A stretch of 64,000 nucleotides of DNA from Octopus bimaculoides (GCF_001194135.2 NC_069001.1:11936687-12000686); one strand, 5' to 3'. Counted from the stretch's first letter, positions 39,791 through 54,050 are shown. Notes: generated by a model not told the origin, from the sequence alone. Numbers and translations are program-made.

Positions 39791-40509
39791 TAAAACAAAC
39801 TCTCATTGTTTTTCGAGCGCAGGGTGGACATCTGTCAGTCACGCTAAACAGACCAGATATAGAAAGACAGGCAATTTTTGGTTCACCTTTTCTAGAAAAC
39901 AGAACAATGAAAACGTAAATATGGTATTACCATAGTATGGAACTGGAAAAGGTTTTATCAAAATCGATTCACAGAAAAACAAGAAATCATAAATTTCACT
40001 CCTAAGCTATTAGCGTAGTTCTGCGTGTATATGTATGCATGTTGATAGATAGATATACATATATATATATATATATATATAAGAGATTGAACAGACAGAG
40101 CACAAGCAGAAAAGTTTGACGAAAGCAAAGCAAACGAGAAACTAGACGAAAAGTTAACGGACGGGGAATATAGACAAAGGCATGATACACGGAATATTCC
40201 CAGCTGAGTTTTCCCCATCAGTCAATGAACCAAAATATCGTCGTGGTTTTGCACCATTATAATTGAGACAACTCAATCTTGTATGTGCCGTTATTAAACT
40301 ACTGGGGAAAAGCTAGTGAATGTATTCTAAAGACAGAAATAAACAAGTCTATATATAAATACAACAGACCGAAGAATTATGCATATATAACAATGTGAAG
40401 CCTTATGGCTAGATACAACGAAAGTAAGAAATAATAATAATTATATAAATACCACATACATATATATATATATGTGTGTGTGTGCGTATATATATATATA
40501 TACATACGA

Positions 40510-41810
40510 CAAAATAGAGTGAAAAAACTATAGAAGGCTTGTCTTATATGGTTAAAGAATATATTTAAATCGTTATGTTACAAAAATATTATGAAATTTT
40601 GCGTATAGTAACATTGTTTTTGGAGAAATAACCGGTTTCGTATTTTCTTTTCAAAGTTCTCAAATTTCTTTATCTATATTGTCATGTTTTCGCTATGTTG
40701 TGAAATTTGTAGTTCCAGAGAGGGGAAGGCAAACAGAGATTTTACGGTCAAAGGGAGATAATCAAACATTTTGGGAATGACTAGGTTTTATTAATTTAAC
40801 ATGATTTGGTTTAGAAGGAATAGAATGTTACAAGTGGCTAGGTTTTTGCTATATATTTTTTTTCAATGAGGTGAGTTTCCTTATTTAAAAATGCTATAAA
40901 TGGTTAAATGTTGGCTTATATTTTTCGATGAAATAGGTTTCCTTATTTAATCTAAGTTGTGTTGGTGTTCCAGTGGCACATTGATAAAATGGAAGATTAT
41001 TAATTGTGCTTTGCGCATTTCTCAATATATTCACTAAAGGGAGTCATTTTGTATTCCAGGAATGCAATCTGCTGTCGGTGCAGAGTGCATCTGCGTCTGA
41101 GCGTGGACCCTATGTGGTTTTGGTGGTAACCTGAACATCTTATAACATAAATCAGGTTTCCTGAAGCATAAGTAAAGTCAGATTTGATTGTCAGATTTGA
41201 TTTTGAATGTTTGCCCCTCTTTGAAAAGGAATTCTGATCCTTCTAGAAGGTTTGGGCATGTTGCGCAGTTTGGTCGACCACATGTTTCCACTTTTGCGTC
41301 CGTTATTTTAGAAAATAATTTTGCCTTTCTGAGGATCTTTTGTAGTGATTTCGGTTGTTTGTGGCTTTTAATGATTTTTTTTTGTGTGTGTAAAATTTCC
41401 TTTAATTTTGGGTCCTTATGTAGCATTGGAAAATTTTGGGTGATGATGGTGAAGGCTTCTTTGTTTCTGGGGTTGTATGTGGATATGCACGGCAGTATTT
41501 TCGGGGAAGGTGTGTTGCTGTGTTGAACTTTTCTTAAAGTTTCTATGTCGATTTGCGTTGCACGTCTGATTCCATCCTCTATGAGTTGAACTGGGTAGTG
41601 TCTGTCAATTAGGGTGTTTTTGAGTTCTTGCAGTCTAAACTTTCTGGTATTTTTTTCTGACACTATTGTGCATATCCTTCTTGCAAAGCTGAAGGTTATG
41701 TTTTAAATATATTCTTTAACCGTATAGCACAAGCCTTCTGTAGTTTTTTCACTCTATTTTGGCTTTTATACAACCAACCACGTCCTTTCACGTACCAACT
41801 CTCTCACCTA
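40510..41810 (-). mobile_element. 5'-truncated Penelope-like element with 3' pLTR and inverted pLTR segment at the 5' junction
   Basis: ORF remnant 41700-40895: NITFSFARRICTIVSEK..LPCISTYNPR..CGRPNCATCPNL..NLIYVI..TLRRRCTLHRQQI..RLNKETYFIEKYKPTFN*. 40510-40569 matches the reverse complement of 41702-41761 at 56 of 60 positions. Confidence 0.85.
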
Positions 41811-41822
41811 TGTATGTATGTA

Positions 41823-41862
<40 letters not shown>

Positions 41863-42883
41863 GACGAAATGGCTTTGAGAAGACTAACTGAATTGTTGAT
41901 CGACCGAATGATTAGTAAGACATTTTATTAGTTGCTTGGTTAAATAGTTAAGCAACTGACAAATAAATAATAGTAAAAGAAGTGTATAAGAATCTGTGTG
42001 TGTCTATTATTGGCATAATGAACCCTTCCCAAGATATAAAAAAAAAATATGATTCAATACAAGTAATCACGAGTATCTTGTAAACCAAATGCAAACAGAG
42101 AGTCTTCCTTCATAACAATATTTTCCGTTTAAGTCTCATGTACCTGCTTGATTAAGCATTTTCAATAAACAAACACAAAATCTTTGTATGCATAAAAATC
42201 ATTTAACTAGACGACCTTCACTTGCAGATATTCAGATTTCTTGTTATAGAATCCTTGAAAGCCAATACAGTAAAAATATTATTCGGGAGAATAATCCACC
42301 GTCACTCTGCACTTAATCTTTGCATTTATCGCTTGCACTAAGACACCGTTTGGTTTAGAGTCTAATGCGGCTTTACAGAAAAACTTGTCGTACTAAAGTC
42401 TTTAACAAATTCTTCGTTTTCAGTCGTATCCAGTCTTTGCCTTTCTGATTTGTTTTTTCTTTCTCCGCATTATTGGAATTTATGGAATTTCTTTCCAATC
42501 AGTTTCTTTTCCAGTCGACTGATTTCCTTATTTTGGAAAGTAGGTTATTCAACCACAAATATATATATTTTTTTCTATTTTATTTTTATAACATTATTTG
42601 ATTTATTCTGTTTTTTTTTATCGTTGTTTATGTTTTCTTTAATTTTTGGGCAATATTATAACATACATTTTTCTGTTCAATGTGTAGAGTGCATATAGAT
42701 AATACACAACACCAGATTTTTTCCTGCCATAACTGAATGGACTATATTTATACTGTATATATATATATGTGTGTGTGTGTGTATCTGTATGTGTGTGCAT
42801 GTGTATATATGTGTATGTGTGCATCAATAGATAGATACGAGTGTGTATGTAGTATCTATATTATGTATATGTGTGTGCATATA

Positions 42884-43330
42884 TTGGATCATCCCATAAA
42901 TAATGCGTTTTTTTTTCAATACTTATTTTATTTTTCAAAATTAAGATAAACAAAGTTCTTTGTTAATCTGAAATATAGTCTCCTTCATTTTCTACAATGC
43001 TCTTCCATCTAACTGGTAGACTTACGAGGTCCCTCTTCCAACATTCACTTGTCCGTGAGGAAAACTACTCCTCCACTACTGTTCTGATCTCGTCTGCAGA
43101 ATTCCTACTTTATCCGTCCAAATGATTTTGAAGACTACAGAATTAATGTTAATCAATGGAGCAATGTCCGGCGAATGTGGAGACCGTGGGTGTCGTTTCG
43201 CATTCAAACTGCTCCAGCCTTGTCGAGCCCTATAAATCTTCAAGGACTAGGTTCGTCTTCTAGGCTGTAGTTTCTCGTCCGATACCCATATACTGCATCG
43301 ATTTTTCTCGCGCGTTCCGTTTCAGTTTCA
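42884..43330 (-). mobile_element. mariner (DD34D) transposase 3' part with one TIR
   Basis: Minus strand RLEQFECET..PHSPDIAP..RTSECWKRDLVSLPVRWKSIVENEGDYISD*. Terminus TA|TTGGATCATCCCATAAATAATGCG resembles mariner TIRs. Confidence 0.85.
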
Positions 43331-43847
43331 CGTTGGCAATCCATATAATTAATATTTTGGATGGAAACTAACAGATGCTGCGTTTCACTCAATTTATATG
43401 TTGATATTTCATGAGGTGAAGAACGTAAAATGTTTCTATCTGCTCATCACACACTAAAGCAAACGATCTAGAATGCATTTTATTCTAAGCTTCCCTTCGC
43501 TATTAAATACGTACAGTATAATTAGTGGACATTCTGGCGGTTATTCACCCTAGACCCAATGATTTGCTGTTGGTTCTGTCCTTAGCGACAATGACTGTCT
43601 GTATGCGCATTGTGCTTTTGTGCTTCTGTGTGCTCCCCACCTCTAGCATTGTGTATAAACCTCCCACTCATATTTTTCCCTACTCCTCTTAATTTAGATG
43701 AAACCATTAACTTGTGAATTTGATCTCATATACATCAAACCAATGTTAGTTTATGGTTATAATAAATCCATCATATGTATATATGTATGTATATGTGTAT
43801 ATGTACACACACATATTCATATACATGTGTTTGCACCTATATGTAAC

Positions 43848-43894
<47 letters not shown>

Positions 43895-45675
43895 ATATAT
43901 ATATATATATATATATANNNNNNNNNNNNNNNNNNNNNNNNNNNNNNNNNNNNNNNNNNNNNNNNNNNNNNNNNNNNNNNNNNNNNNNNNNNNNNNNNNN
44001 NNNNNNNNNNNNNNNNNNNNNNNNNNNNNNNNNNNNNNNNNNNNNNNNNNNNNNNNNNNNNNNNNNNNNNNNNNNNNNNNNNNNNNNNNNNNNNNNNNNN
44101 NNNNNNNNNNNNNNNNNNNNNNNNNNNNNNNNNNNNNNNNNNNNNNNNNNNNNNNNNNNNNNNNNNNNNNNNNNNNNNNNNNNNNNNNNNNNNNNNNNNN
44201 NNNNNNNNNNNNNNNNNNNNNNNNNNNNNNNNNNNNNNNNNNNNNNNNNNNNNNNNNNNNNNNTATATATATATATATGCATACATATTTACATATGCAT
44301 AAGTATATACTTACACATTCAAACACTCATACACTCACACACAGTTACATAGGAAATTTGTGTTTTTGTGTGTGCGTGTATATATGTATGTATTCTAATG
44401 CGTATAGTCTAGAGCGTAGAATCTATGTGTACGTTTCTGTGCTGTTTTTGGTTGTCTGCAAGTATATTTCCGTGTATTTCAAACGACAGACGGCGATAAT
44501 ACGTGCTAGAGCAATAGTTCACTCTCTAAGTGGCATTTATAACCGGAAATGGGTTGGTATTAAGCAACGGATATTTCAGCTGCCGTGTGCTATATTTAAT
44601 CGAATCCAAACCATGAGAACGACAAATAAATATACAAAATGATAAATAACTAAATAAATTATAAAACATACACGTATAATATTATTGAAAGAAAACCATG
44701 AAAAATGAAAGTAATGTGATAGTTTGGGGTCATTCTACAATATTTTTGGTCATTGTAGTTGAAAATAATTTTCTCGCGAATTCTGGTAATTAGTTTTGCG
44801 ATTTCGTCTTCGTCTCACCTTAGATTTAGATTTCCTCATTTCTTTTTATTTTTTGGCATTTTTCGTTTTGTCTGTTACACACAAACACACACACACACAG
44901 ACATACGTACCCCCACACACACGCACACACAAAGACAATCACATACACATACATATGTATATATATGGTCGCAGACATCTGAACAATAGACATCCATTTC
45001 ATATACAAGTGTATATATATATATATATATATATNNNNNNNNNNNNNNNNNNNNNNNNNNNNNNNNNNNNNNNNNNNNNNNNNNNNNNNNNNNNNNNNNN
45101 NNNNNNNNNNNNNNNNNNNNNNNNNNNNNNNNNNNNNNNNNNNNNNNNNNNNNNNNNNNNNNNNNNNNNNNNNNNNNNNNNNNNNNNNNNNNNNNNNNNN
45201 NNNNNNNNNNNNNNNNNNNNNNNNNNNNNNNNNNNNNNNNNNNNNNNNNNNNNNNNNNNNNNNNNNNNNNNNNNNNNNNNNNNNNNNNNNNNNNNNNNNN
45301 NNNNNNNNNNNNNNNNNNNNNNNNNNNNNNNNNNNNNNNNNNNNNNNNNNNNNNNNNNNNNNNNNNNNNNNNNNNNNNNNNNNNNNNNNNNNNNNNNNNN
45401 NNNNNNNNNNNNNNNNNNNNNNNNNNNNNNNNNNNNNNNNNNNNNNNNNNNNNNNNNNNNNNNNNNNNNNNNNNNNNNNNNNNNNNNNNNNNNNNNNNNN
45501 NNNNNNNNNNNNNNNNNNNNNNNNNNNNNNNNNNNNNNNNNNNNNNNNNNNNNNNNNNNNNNNNNNNNNNNNNNNNNNNNNNNNNNNNNNNNNNNNNNNN
45601 NNNNNNNNNNNNNNNNNNNNNNNNNNNNNNNNNNNNNNNNNNNNNNNNNNNNNNNNNNNNNNNNNNNNNNNNNNN

Positions 45676-45766
<91 letters not shown>

Positions 45767-46485
45767 CAGATATGCATATTCATATATACATGTATATATA
45801 ATCTGAGGTGTCTATTTACTTCTGCTAAATGCTAACGTTCTTTTTCTTTCCGCTGTGTACTTATTCCATATGAAGATGTTGGAGGCGGAGATGATTATAG
45901 GATGCCTTCTTCGTGTTAAATTGCCCTTCGAGAGATTGTTAAATTGCAACGTATATTCTACTCAGATAGTCATCAGCATGAAAATTATATTTATAAAATT
46001 ATCAGGAGACCGGTCCGCTTGGCAAAGTCTACTGAGCGACGGTTGTCGATCGTGAGACCTATATAATTATAAGAGACGAGTGATGGCAGTAACTACGCAA
46101 CGTTAATATTCGTGTGAATGTCTTGGACACGTTGTGTATATTTAGAACTGGTAATCACATAGTGTGGAGGCTCAAGCCTGGCTTAAAATCTTTGGGTAGC
46201 TGGTAGTTGGTGCCGAGATTCTTACAAACGGTGTCTATTTCGATAAGCGTAAAAGCTAGAAAACTTGGTCTTGAAAAGATAGACAGCCAGTGTATAGCTG
46301 ATGACTAGAAATGAATTATAGCATGAAAAGAGACACTGCGTGTCTGGAGATGTTAAGTGGATAAATATTTACTGTGTGTACAAGATTAGCGGATAAAATG
46401 ATGCAAGTCTGAAGATGTGAAACGGTTATTTTAGGTTGTCTGATAAATTTGTTCGTCGTCTATTTTCCTCTTTTGTTTTCTACCT

Positions 46486-46617
46486 AGCTTAGCAACCACA
46501 TGGTTCCGGGTTCAGTCCCACTGCGTGGCATCTTGGGTAAGTGTCTTCTACTATAGCCTCGGGCCGACAAAAGCCTTGTGAGTGGATTTGGTAGACAGAA
46601 ACTGAAAGAAGCTCCTC

Positions 46618-46673
<56 letters not shown>

Positions 46674-46879
46674 GTTTGTGTGTGTATGTGTTTGTGTGTC
46701 TGTGTTTGTCCCCCCCCAACATCGCTTGACAAGCGATGCTGGTGTGTTTACGTCCCCGTTACTTAGCGGTTCTGCAAAAGAGACCGATACAACAAGTCCT
46801 AGGGTCGACTTGCTCGACTAAAGGCGGTGATCCAGCTTGGCCACAGTCAAAAGACTGAAACAAGTAAAAGAGTAAAAGA
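46486..46879 (+). mobile_element. OK-type octopus SINE with internal (AT)n/(GT)n, missing the A-box end
   Basis: CAACCACATGGTTCCGGGTTCAGTCCCACTGCGTGGCATCTTGGG...CCTTGTGAGTGGATTTGGTAGAC...GGGTCGACTTGCTCGACTAAAGGCGG...GAAACAAGTAAAAGAGTAAAAGAG. Confidence 0.9.
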
Positions 46880-47086
46880 GAAGCACTTCATCATCATATG
46901 TCTGAAAAGAGATAAATTTTATTGAAATGAAAAAAAAACAAAAAAAAAACGATAAACGAAATTTCTAGTGGAGAAATGGTGGAAGACAACCACAAAACAC
47001 TACGTAAAAAATATTTTTCGTGTTAATTCAGATATCATTAAAAATGATTAACTCATAATCATTTTCAATATTAATCATTAACTAAG

Positions 47087-47210
47087 ACGTTGGCAGAATC
47101 ATTAGCACTTCAGGCAAAACGATTAACGGCATTTCATCCGTCTACATGGTATCAGTTAAAATTCTGCCGCGGTCGGTTTTGCTTTTCATCCTTTCGCAGT
47201 ACCTGTTGAA
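47087..47210 (+). mobile_element. Octopus SINE (GGCGG-start family) fragment
   Basis: TGGCAGAATCATTAGCAC...AAATTCTGCCGCGGTCGG...TTTCATCCTTTCG. Confidence 0.7.
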
Positions 47211-47818
47211 CACCACCACCCCATCGAAATTACTGGCTTTCCGTCAAAATTTGAAACTAATGTTAATCATTAACATAAATGAGAAAAAAATAATGCAAAA
47301 ACACAAAAAAAAAAACAAGCTAATTCATCTGACAACTGAGTATAAATAGACGTGTTTATGGCGTTGGATTACAAATCGTAAGATCCACGAGGAAGTTACT
47401 TGCAAAACGGGACGCGTATTACGATCGAACCAGGAATCATGTGATTGCATCACGGATATCTTAACGGCACTCGCGTATCTCCTGAAAACTTTCAAATAAT
47501 TGAAATACTTTGCGTTGTGGTTGCGGTTGGGGTTGGTGTATACACATACTTAGTTCACTTGCAACTTTCGAGCACTCTTCGTTGTTTACATCATATGCTA
47601 ACTTTACACATAAAATATAATGGTAAAATGAGAAAAAAAAAGGTACAAACAAAAACAGTACAACAACAAATTAACAACAACAAGTTAACAAGACAGGATA
47701 ATTTCATAATAATAAATTGCTGTATTTCTAAAAACGTTCTGTCGAGTTCGTTATTGCATGCATATACCAGGATACAATACATTTACTTCAGCAACCAAAT
47801 GCACTTAAAATCCGACGA

Positions 47819-47888
<70 letters not shown>

Positions 47889-48503
47889 ATTATTATTACT
47901 ATTTGCCTTCAGACAATAGTGACAATTAAAACGCATTCAATTTAGTTCAATCACTGCATTATATGAATCTGCAACGGCAGCTATGCTATGCATTACATGT
48001 TGTTAGTTGCATGACAACAATTCTTTTTCTCTGAGTACATATAACGTTTTGTTAAAAATTAAAAATTTCCTCCTATTATATGTTTTTATTTCTGAGGGAT
48101 TTTAATTGCATACACAGCGCATTTAGTGTGACCAAGTAAACAGCTGTTGCAATTTTGAATGACAGATGTAATTGTTTAAAGCGACTTAAAGCGCATCTTT
48201 CAAAACAAGCAGTTATGCACATTCTTCTGTCATCTCCACTTTACTCTCTCAATATATATTCATTCACTCTCAACCCCGCATCCTGAGCTTCCATTCTATT
48301 CGTGTTGTGGCTAACAGCAGGAATTCATCAAATTGAAATTTTCCAAATCTTTTAATAACTTTAAAATCTAATATAGTTTTACTTCTTGTGACAGCCAGCA
48401 TTCATAATTGTCTTCGTTTATTATCTCTGATGATCTGATATCTCCTAGGTTTCGGATTGCAGCACGTATGTATGTAAGGAGAGTGTCTATCTATCTCTCC
48501 ACG

Positions 48504-48558
<55 letters not shown>

Positions 48559-48945
48559 ACATACTTATATATATATATATATANNNNNNNNNNNNNNNNN
48601 NNNNNNNNNNNNNNNNNNNNNNNNNNNNNNNNNNNNNNNNNNNNNNNNNNNNNNNNNNNNNNNNNNNNNNNNNNNNNNNNNNNNNNNNNNNNNNNNNNNN
48701 NNNNNNNNNNNNNNNNNNNNNNNNNNNNNNNNNNNNNNNNNNNNNNNNNNNNNNNNNNNNNNNNNNNNNNNNNNNTATCTATCGTTTTATCTTTCTATGT
48801 ATTTATCTGTTTGTCTACTTCTCTAACTACCTATCTACTACGAGTACGCATCAATCCATCGATCGATCTGTTGATCTATCTACTTCTTTATACAACCGTC
48901 TATGTATATGTGTCTGTCACAAACATGCATACACACACACACACA

Positions 48946-48995
<50 letters not shown>

Positions 48996-49005
48996 GATGT
49001 TATGT

Positions 49006-49190
49006 TTTAGTGATGAAGGGGTTGATTTCATGGATTGGCCACCTGAGAGTCCCTATCTCGACCCTATGGAAAGCATTTGGAAGATTATTGTAGATGAAAC
49101 GCGAAGGAGAAATCCAAAGAACTAAGATGAAATCTGGGAATTTTTGAGAAACGAATGAAACAATAATACTCCATCATTTTGCAAGAAATG
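49006..49190 (+). mobile_element. Tc1 transposase fragment around the third catalytic residue
   Basis: FSDEGVDFMDWPPESPYLDPMESIWKIIVDETRRRNPKN*DEIWEFL, similar to WPPQSPDLNPIENxW. Confidence 0.8.
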
Positions 49191-49283
49191 AATTCAGATA
49201 GATAGATAAATAGATAGATATATAGATAGAATGATAGATAGATAGATAAATACATACATACATACATAGATATACATAGATAA

Positions 49284-49315
<32 letters not shown>

Positions 49316-49345
49316 AATATAAGTATATATACATATAAAATATAA

Positions 49346-49417
<72 letters not shown>

Positions 49418-49629
49418 CTTATATAATATATAAGTATAATATATAGATATGTATATATTATTTATGCTGGGGCGTATTTGCATAGCTACACACGTACGTA
49501 TATACATACGTTCTTTCTCAAATGATGCGAATTTTACCTAGTTGAAAATACCATGCATTTGCTAATAAATTCATGTTCCTAAATATTTGCATACAAACAC
49601 AAACATCCTCTCGGTTACCCCATGACCCA

Positions 49630-49830
49630 TTATAACGTCACGTTGACACTGCATAAGAGCTGGAATGTGAGCGCTGATGTAAAATGGCATGTTCCCAGCT
49701 TAGTTCTACTACTTAGCTAAAGGGAATGGAATATCTTGAAATAAATTTGCATGTTCAATAATGCAACGTGTCGCCCGTTTGAGGAATAGAACCTAGGAAC
49801 GTAAGACCCCTAGACCACGTGTCATCGAAA
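49630..49830 (-). mobile_element. Highly degenerate tRNA-derived SINE
   Basis: Minus strand B-box-like GGTTCTATTCC followed by GGGCGACACGTTG and TTTATTTCA, similar to the 1995-2212 family. Confidence 0.4.
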
Positions 49831-50903
49831 TTAATAGCCAGCGAGTATTCCCGAGCGTTATACTAATACATCCATTTGTTGTTTACACCAACTGTCTTCG
49901 TCTGTTCTTTTTTCGTGAATTCTCCCTGTATATATACCCCCTACAAAACACATCCAGATACACTGCACATATAGGAGAGCGTCAGTATGTTATCACTTTG
50001 TCACATTTTCTACTACTCTAGCCGTTTCTTTCTCTCAAAAGATACCATCGTCGTTTAGGACACTGTCAACATCTAAGTCAACATTCATCGCAGAGTTTGA
50101 TATATGTATGTGTGTATATACATACATACATAAATACATATGCACACATGTATATATGTATATATGCCTATATATATATGCCCATATATATATATATGGG
50201 CATAAACATATGCGTGTATGTATATAAATGCAAGTTTGCGTGTTTGTTTCTGTGTATGTGTGAGTATGAGTTTGTGTATGTGTGTGAGTTTATATATGTA
50301 TATATATATATATAGATAGATAGATAGATAGATATAGATATAGATACAGATATATAAATATAAATATAAATATATATATAGATATATATATGTACATATA
50401 TATATGTATATTTGTATATTTATATCGCTCAGGCTTAAATGACACGGCCATTAACAGAAGCTAGAGATTTCTTCGTTATGCTCTTGCTTGAAATTGCGTA
50501 CATAGGTTGTTGATATATTATAAAAGTCATCCTGCAAAATGTTTGTTTTGTGTTTCTGTTTGTGTAACGAACAGAGAATACGATATTACGCACAAATTGG
50601 ATTGTTTTGAATCGCCTGCACCCAATGCAATCTTCTGAGAACACAAAACTGTTATTATAGCTATATGTCCGCGTAAGAACATTTATGCAAGCAATTTGTT
50701 TTTGTTTTTCCTACCTCTCTCCTATAATCATCATTAGGTTCACACTTAGCGAGCTTAACGATTGCGTACAAATATCACGACCGTTTGTGAGTATGTATGT
50801 GTATATATGTGTATGTGTGGATGTGTAAGTAGGTGCGTGTCCACGCGTGTGAATGTGCATGGGTTTCTGTACTTGTATGTGCCCATACAGGTGCGGAAGT
50901 GTG

Positions 50904-50943
<40 letters not shown>

Positions 50944-51427
50944 NNNNNNNNNNNNNNNNNNNNNNNNNNNNNNNNNNNNNNNNNNNNNNNNNNNNNNNNN
51001 NNNNNNNNNNNNNNNNNNNNNNNNNNNNNNNNNNNNNNNNNNNNNNNNNNNNNNNNNNNNNNNNNNNNNNNNNNNNNNNNNNNNNNNNNNNNNNNNNNNN
51101 NNNNNNNNNNNNNNNNNNNNNNNNNNNNNNNNNNNNNNNNNNNNNNNNNNNNNNNNNNNNNNNNNNNNNNNNNNNNNNNNNNNNNNNNNNNNNNNNNNNN
51201 NNNNNNNNNNNNNNNNNNNNNNNNNNNNNNNNNNNNNNNNNNNNNNNNNNNNNNNNNNNNNNNNNNNNNNNNNNNNNNNNNNNNNNNNNNNNNNNNNNNN
51301 NNNNNNNNNNNNNNNNNNNNNNNNNNNNNNNNNNNNNNNNNNNNNNNNNNNNNNNNNNNNNNNNNNNNNNNNNNNNNNNNNNNNNNNNNNNNNNNNNNNN
51401 NNNNNNNNNNNNNNNNNNNNNNNNNNN

Positions 51428-51488
<61 letters not shown>

Positions 51489-51848
51489 TTGTGGATGTAT
51501 TGCTGTGATTGTGTACCTATGTGCCTAGCATGTGTTTGTATATTTACATATGCATCTGTGCCTGTGTATCTATGCACCTAGCTGTGTATGTATATATATA
51601 TATACATGAATGCCTTGTTCATATTCACATATTTTGTGTAAATATTTACTACATTTGATGTAATAACACGCAATTATGTGCTTCGACAATTTAGGATATT
51701 GACAGTATTTTCTTTTGCTTTGAAACTCCAATGTTTACAAATACACATCAACAAATATGTTGATGTGTATTCCTGCTAATTCTGGAATTCATGAATTTAT
51801 ACATTCGTAAATACACACATGCACACACACACACACACACACGCACAT

Positions 51849-51884
<36 letters not shown>

Positions 51885-53029
51885 CTGTGTGTGTGTGTGT
51901 TTGTGTGTTTATATNNNNNNNNNNNNNNNNNNNNNNNNNNNNNNNNNNNNNNNNNNNNNNNNNNNNNNNNNNNNNNNNNNNNNNNNNNNNNNNNNNNNNN
52001 NNNNNNNNNNNNNNNNNNNNNNNNNNNNNNNNNNNNNNNNNNNNNNNNNNNNNNNNNNNNNNNNNNNNNNNNNNNNNNNNNNNNNNNNNNNNNNNNNNNN
52101 NNNNNNNNNNNNNNNNNNNNNNNNNNNNNNNNNNNNNNNNNNNNNNNNNNNNNNNNNNNNNNNNNNNNNNNNNNNNNNNNNNNNNNNNNNNNNNNNNNNN
52201 NNNNNNNNNNNNNNNNNNNNNNNNNNNNNNNNNNNNNNNNNNNNNNNNNNNNNNNNNNNNNNNNNNNNNNNNNNNNNNNNNNNNNNNNNNNNNNNNNNNN
52301 NNNNNNNNNNNNNNNNNNNNNNNNNNNNNNNNNNNNNNNNNNNNNNNNNNNNNNNNNNNNNNNNNNNNNNNNNNNNNNNNNNNNNNNNNNNNNNNNNNNN
52401 NNNNNNNNNNNNNNNNNNNNNNNNNNNNNNNNNNNNNNNNNNNNNNNNNNNNNNNNNNNNNNNNNNNNNNNNNNNNNNNNNNNNNNNNNNNNNNNNNNNN
52501 NNNNNNNNNNNNNNNNNNNNNNNNNNNNNNNNNNNNNNNNNNNNNNNNNNNNNNNNNNNNNNNNNNNNNNNNNNNNNNNNNNNNNNNNNNNNNNNNNNNN
52601 NNNNNNNNNNNNNNNNNNNNNNNNNNNNNNNNNNNNNNNNNNNNNNNNNNNNNNNNNNNNNNNNNNNNNNNNNNNNNNNNNNNNNNNNNNNNNNNNNNNN
52701 NNNNNNNNNNNNNNNNNNNNNNNNNNNNNNNNNNNNNNNNNNNNNNNNNNNNNNNNNNNNNNNNNNNNNNNNNNNNNNNNNNNNNNNNNNNNNNNNNNNN
52801 NNNNNNNNNNNNNNNNNNNNNNNNNNNNNNNNNNNNNNNNNNNNNNNNNNNNNNNNNNNNNNNNNNNNNNNNNNNNNNAATCAACGTATATATACACAAA
52901 TGTATCAATATATTTACATGAGCCCTAAACTTGAATTTGTGTAACGTTTGTACGTTTGTACAGAGGAAGATGTACCTTCAAAATTGAACAGTATTTTCTA
53001 CCCTTCAAAATATTCTTTCGTTTAGTTGT

Positions 53030-53175
53030 TTATTTCAGTCATTTCAGTGGTCATGCTGGAGTACCGCCTGTTGTCGAACGAATCGATCCCATGACCTTAT
53101 TCTTTATAAGCCTAGTACCTATTCTATCGGTTGTCCTTTACCGAGCCGCTGAGTCAAGGGGACGTAGCAGTTACG
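53030..53175 (-). mobile_element. Octopus SINE 3' half
   Basis: TTTCAGTCATTTCAGTGGTCATGCTGGAGTACCGCC...GAATCGATCCC...AAGCCTAGTACCTATTCTATCGG is the reverse complement of the SINE tail. Confidence 0.8.
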
Positions 53176-53409
53176 GATGTAATTCTCCTCCCTCAAACGA
53201 ATGATGTTTTTCCAAGCGAAAATGTGCATCAATGTTCAAATTCATCGTATTCACACACACACACACACACAAACGCGCACACACACATGCACGCAGAGAG
53301 CACGCGTACGTGCATATGAACCTTTACACTCAACTACCTCGAGATATACATCCATGTAGACATATCTACATGGACAGATACATTCCAGCATGCATAATCA
53401 AATTCAGAT

Positions 53410-54050
53410 ACACGGGTATCACTTTCTCATGCAACATTTCCCCATAAACGTCACTGTTGACAATGATCCCAGCATTAATGAAGATTAAAGGAGACTTAGA
53501 TCCTTCAGATGCATCTGCGGTCCACACCATGAGTGAAGCTGACTTCTGATGGCGTAAATGACCCCTGCTGTCTTCGGGCAAGGCTCCTGCATTACATGCA
53601 AAAACCTGTCATTCTGCCTATTGGTAACTGTTTCCACGGTAAAGATCTTCTCGTCGGACCAGATCAACAATTTGTTAGCGGCGCACTTCATCTCCGTTAA
53701 CATGGATTTACACCTGTCAAGCCGTTTCGTCTTGGAAGCTGCTGACATTAACTACCAGTAATGTTTCGTATATGCAATTTACTTTAAATCTTCTTTAAAA
53801 ACTTTCTGCATTGACGATTTCGAAATATCAAGAGCTTTTGCAGTTTTCTTGCACTGTTACGGGGATTTCAGTTTATTTGCTTTTTCACACCTTCAACTGT
53901 TTCTTTGGTACGAGGTAATCGTTTCCAACCAGCAATTGACTTGCAAGAGGCAGTAGCGGACTCCATATATCGTTGCCATGTATTCGACACCGTTGATCAC
54001 TCTAGTTGTTTCCAAAAAGATATACTTTAGTCACCTACTGAGTCACCCTG
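53410..54050 (-). mobile_element. Tc1/mariner (maT/DD37D-like) transposase 5' half with one TIR
   Basis: Minus strand KRLDRCKSML..LIWSDEKIFTVETVTNRQNDR..RHQKSASLMVW..SKSPLIFINAGIIVNSDVYGEMLHEKVIP. Terminus (reverse complement) TA|CAGGGTGACTCA at 54039-54052. Confidence 0.9.

Noticed and set aside
15428-54050. Two CAGGGTG-type termini in inverted orientation that could delimit one giant element
   Set aside because: The TIRs diverge after 7 bp (CAGGGTGTCCC versus CAGGGTGACTC), and the two remnants overlap in the VW..SPL..N region with different sequences, so they are separate families.
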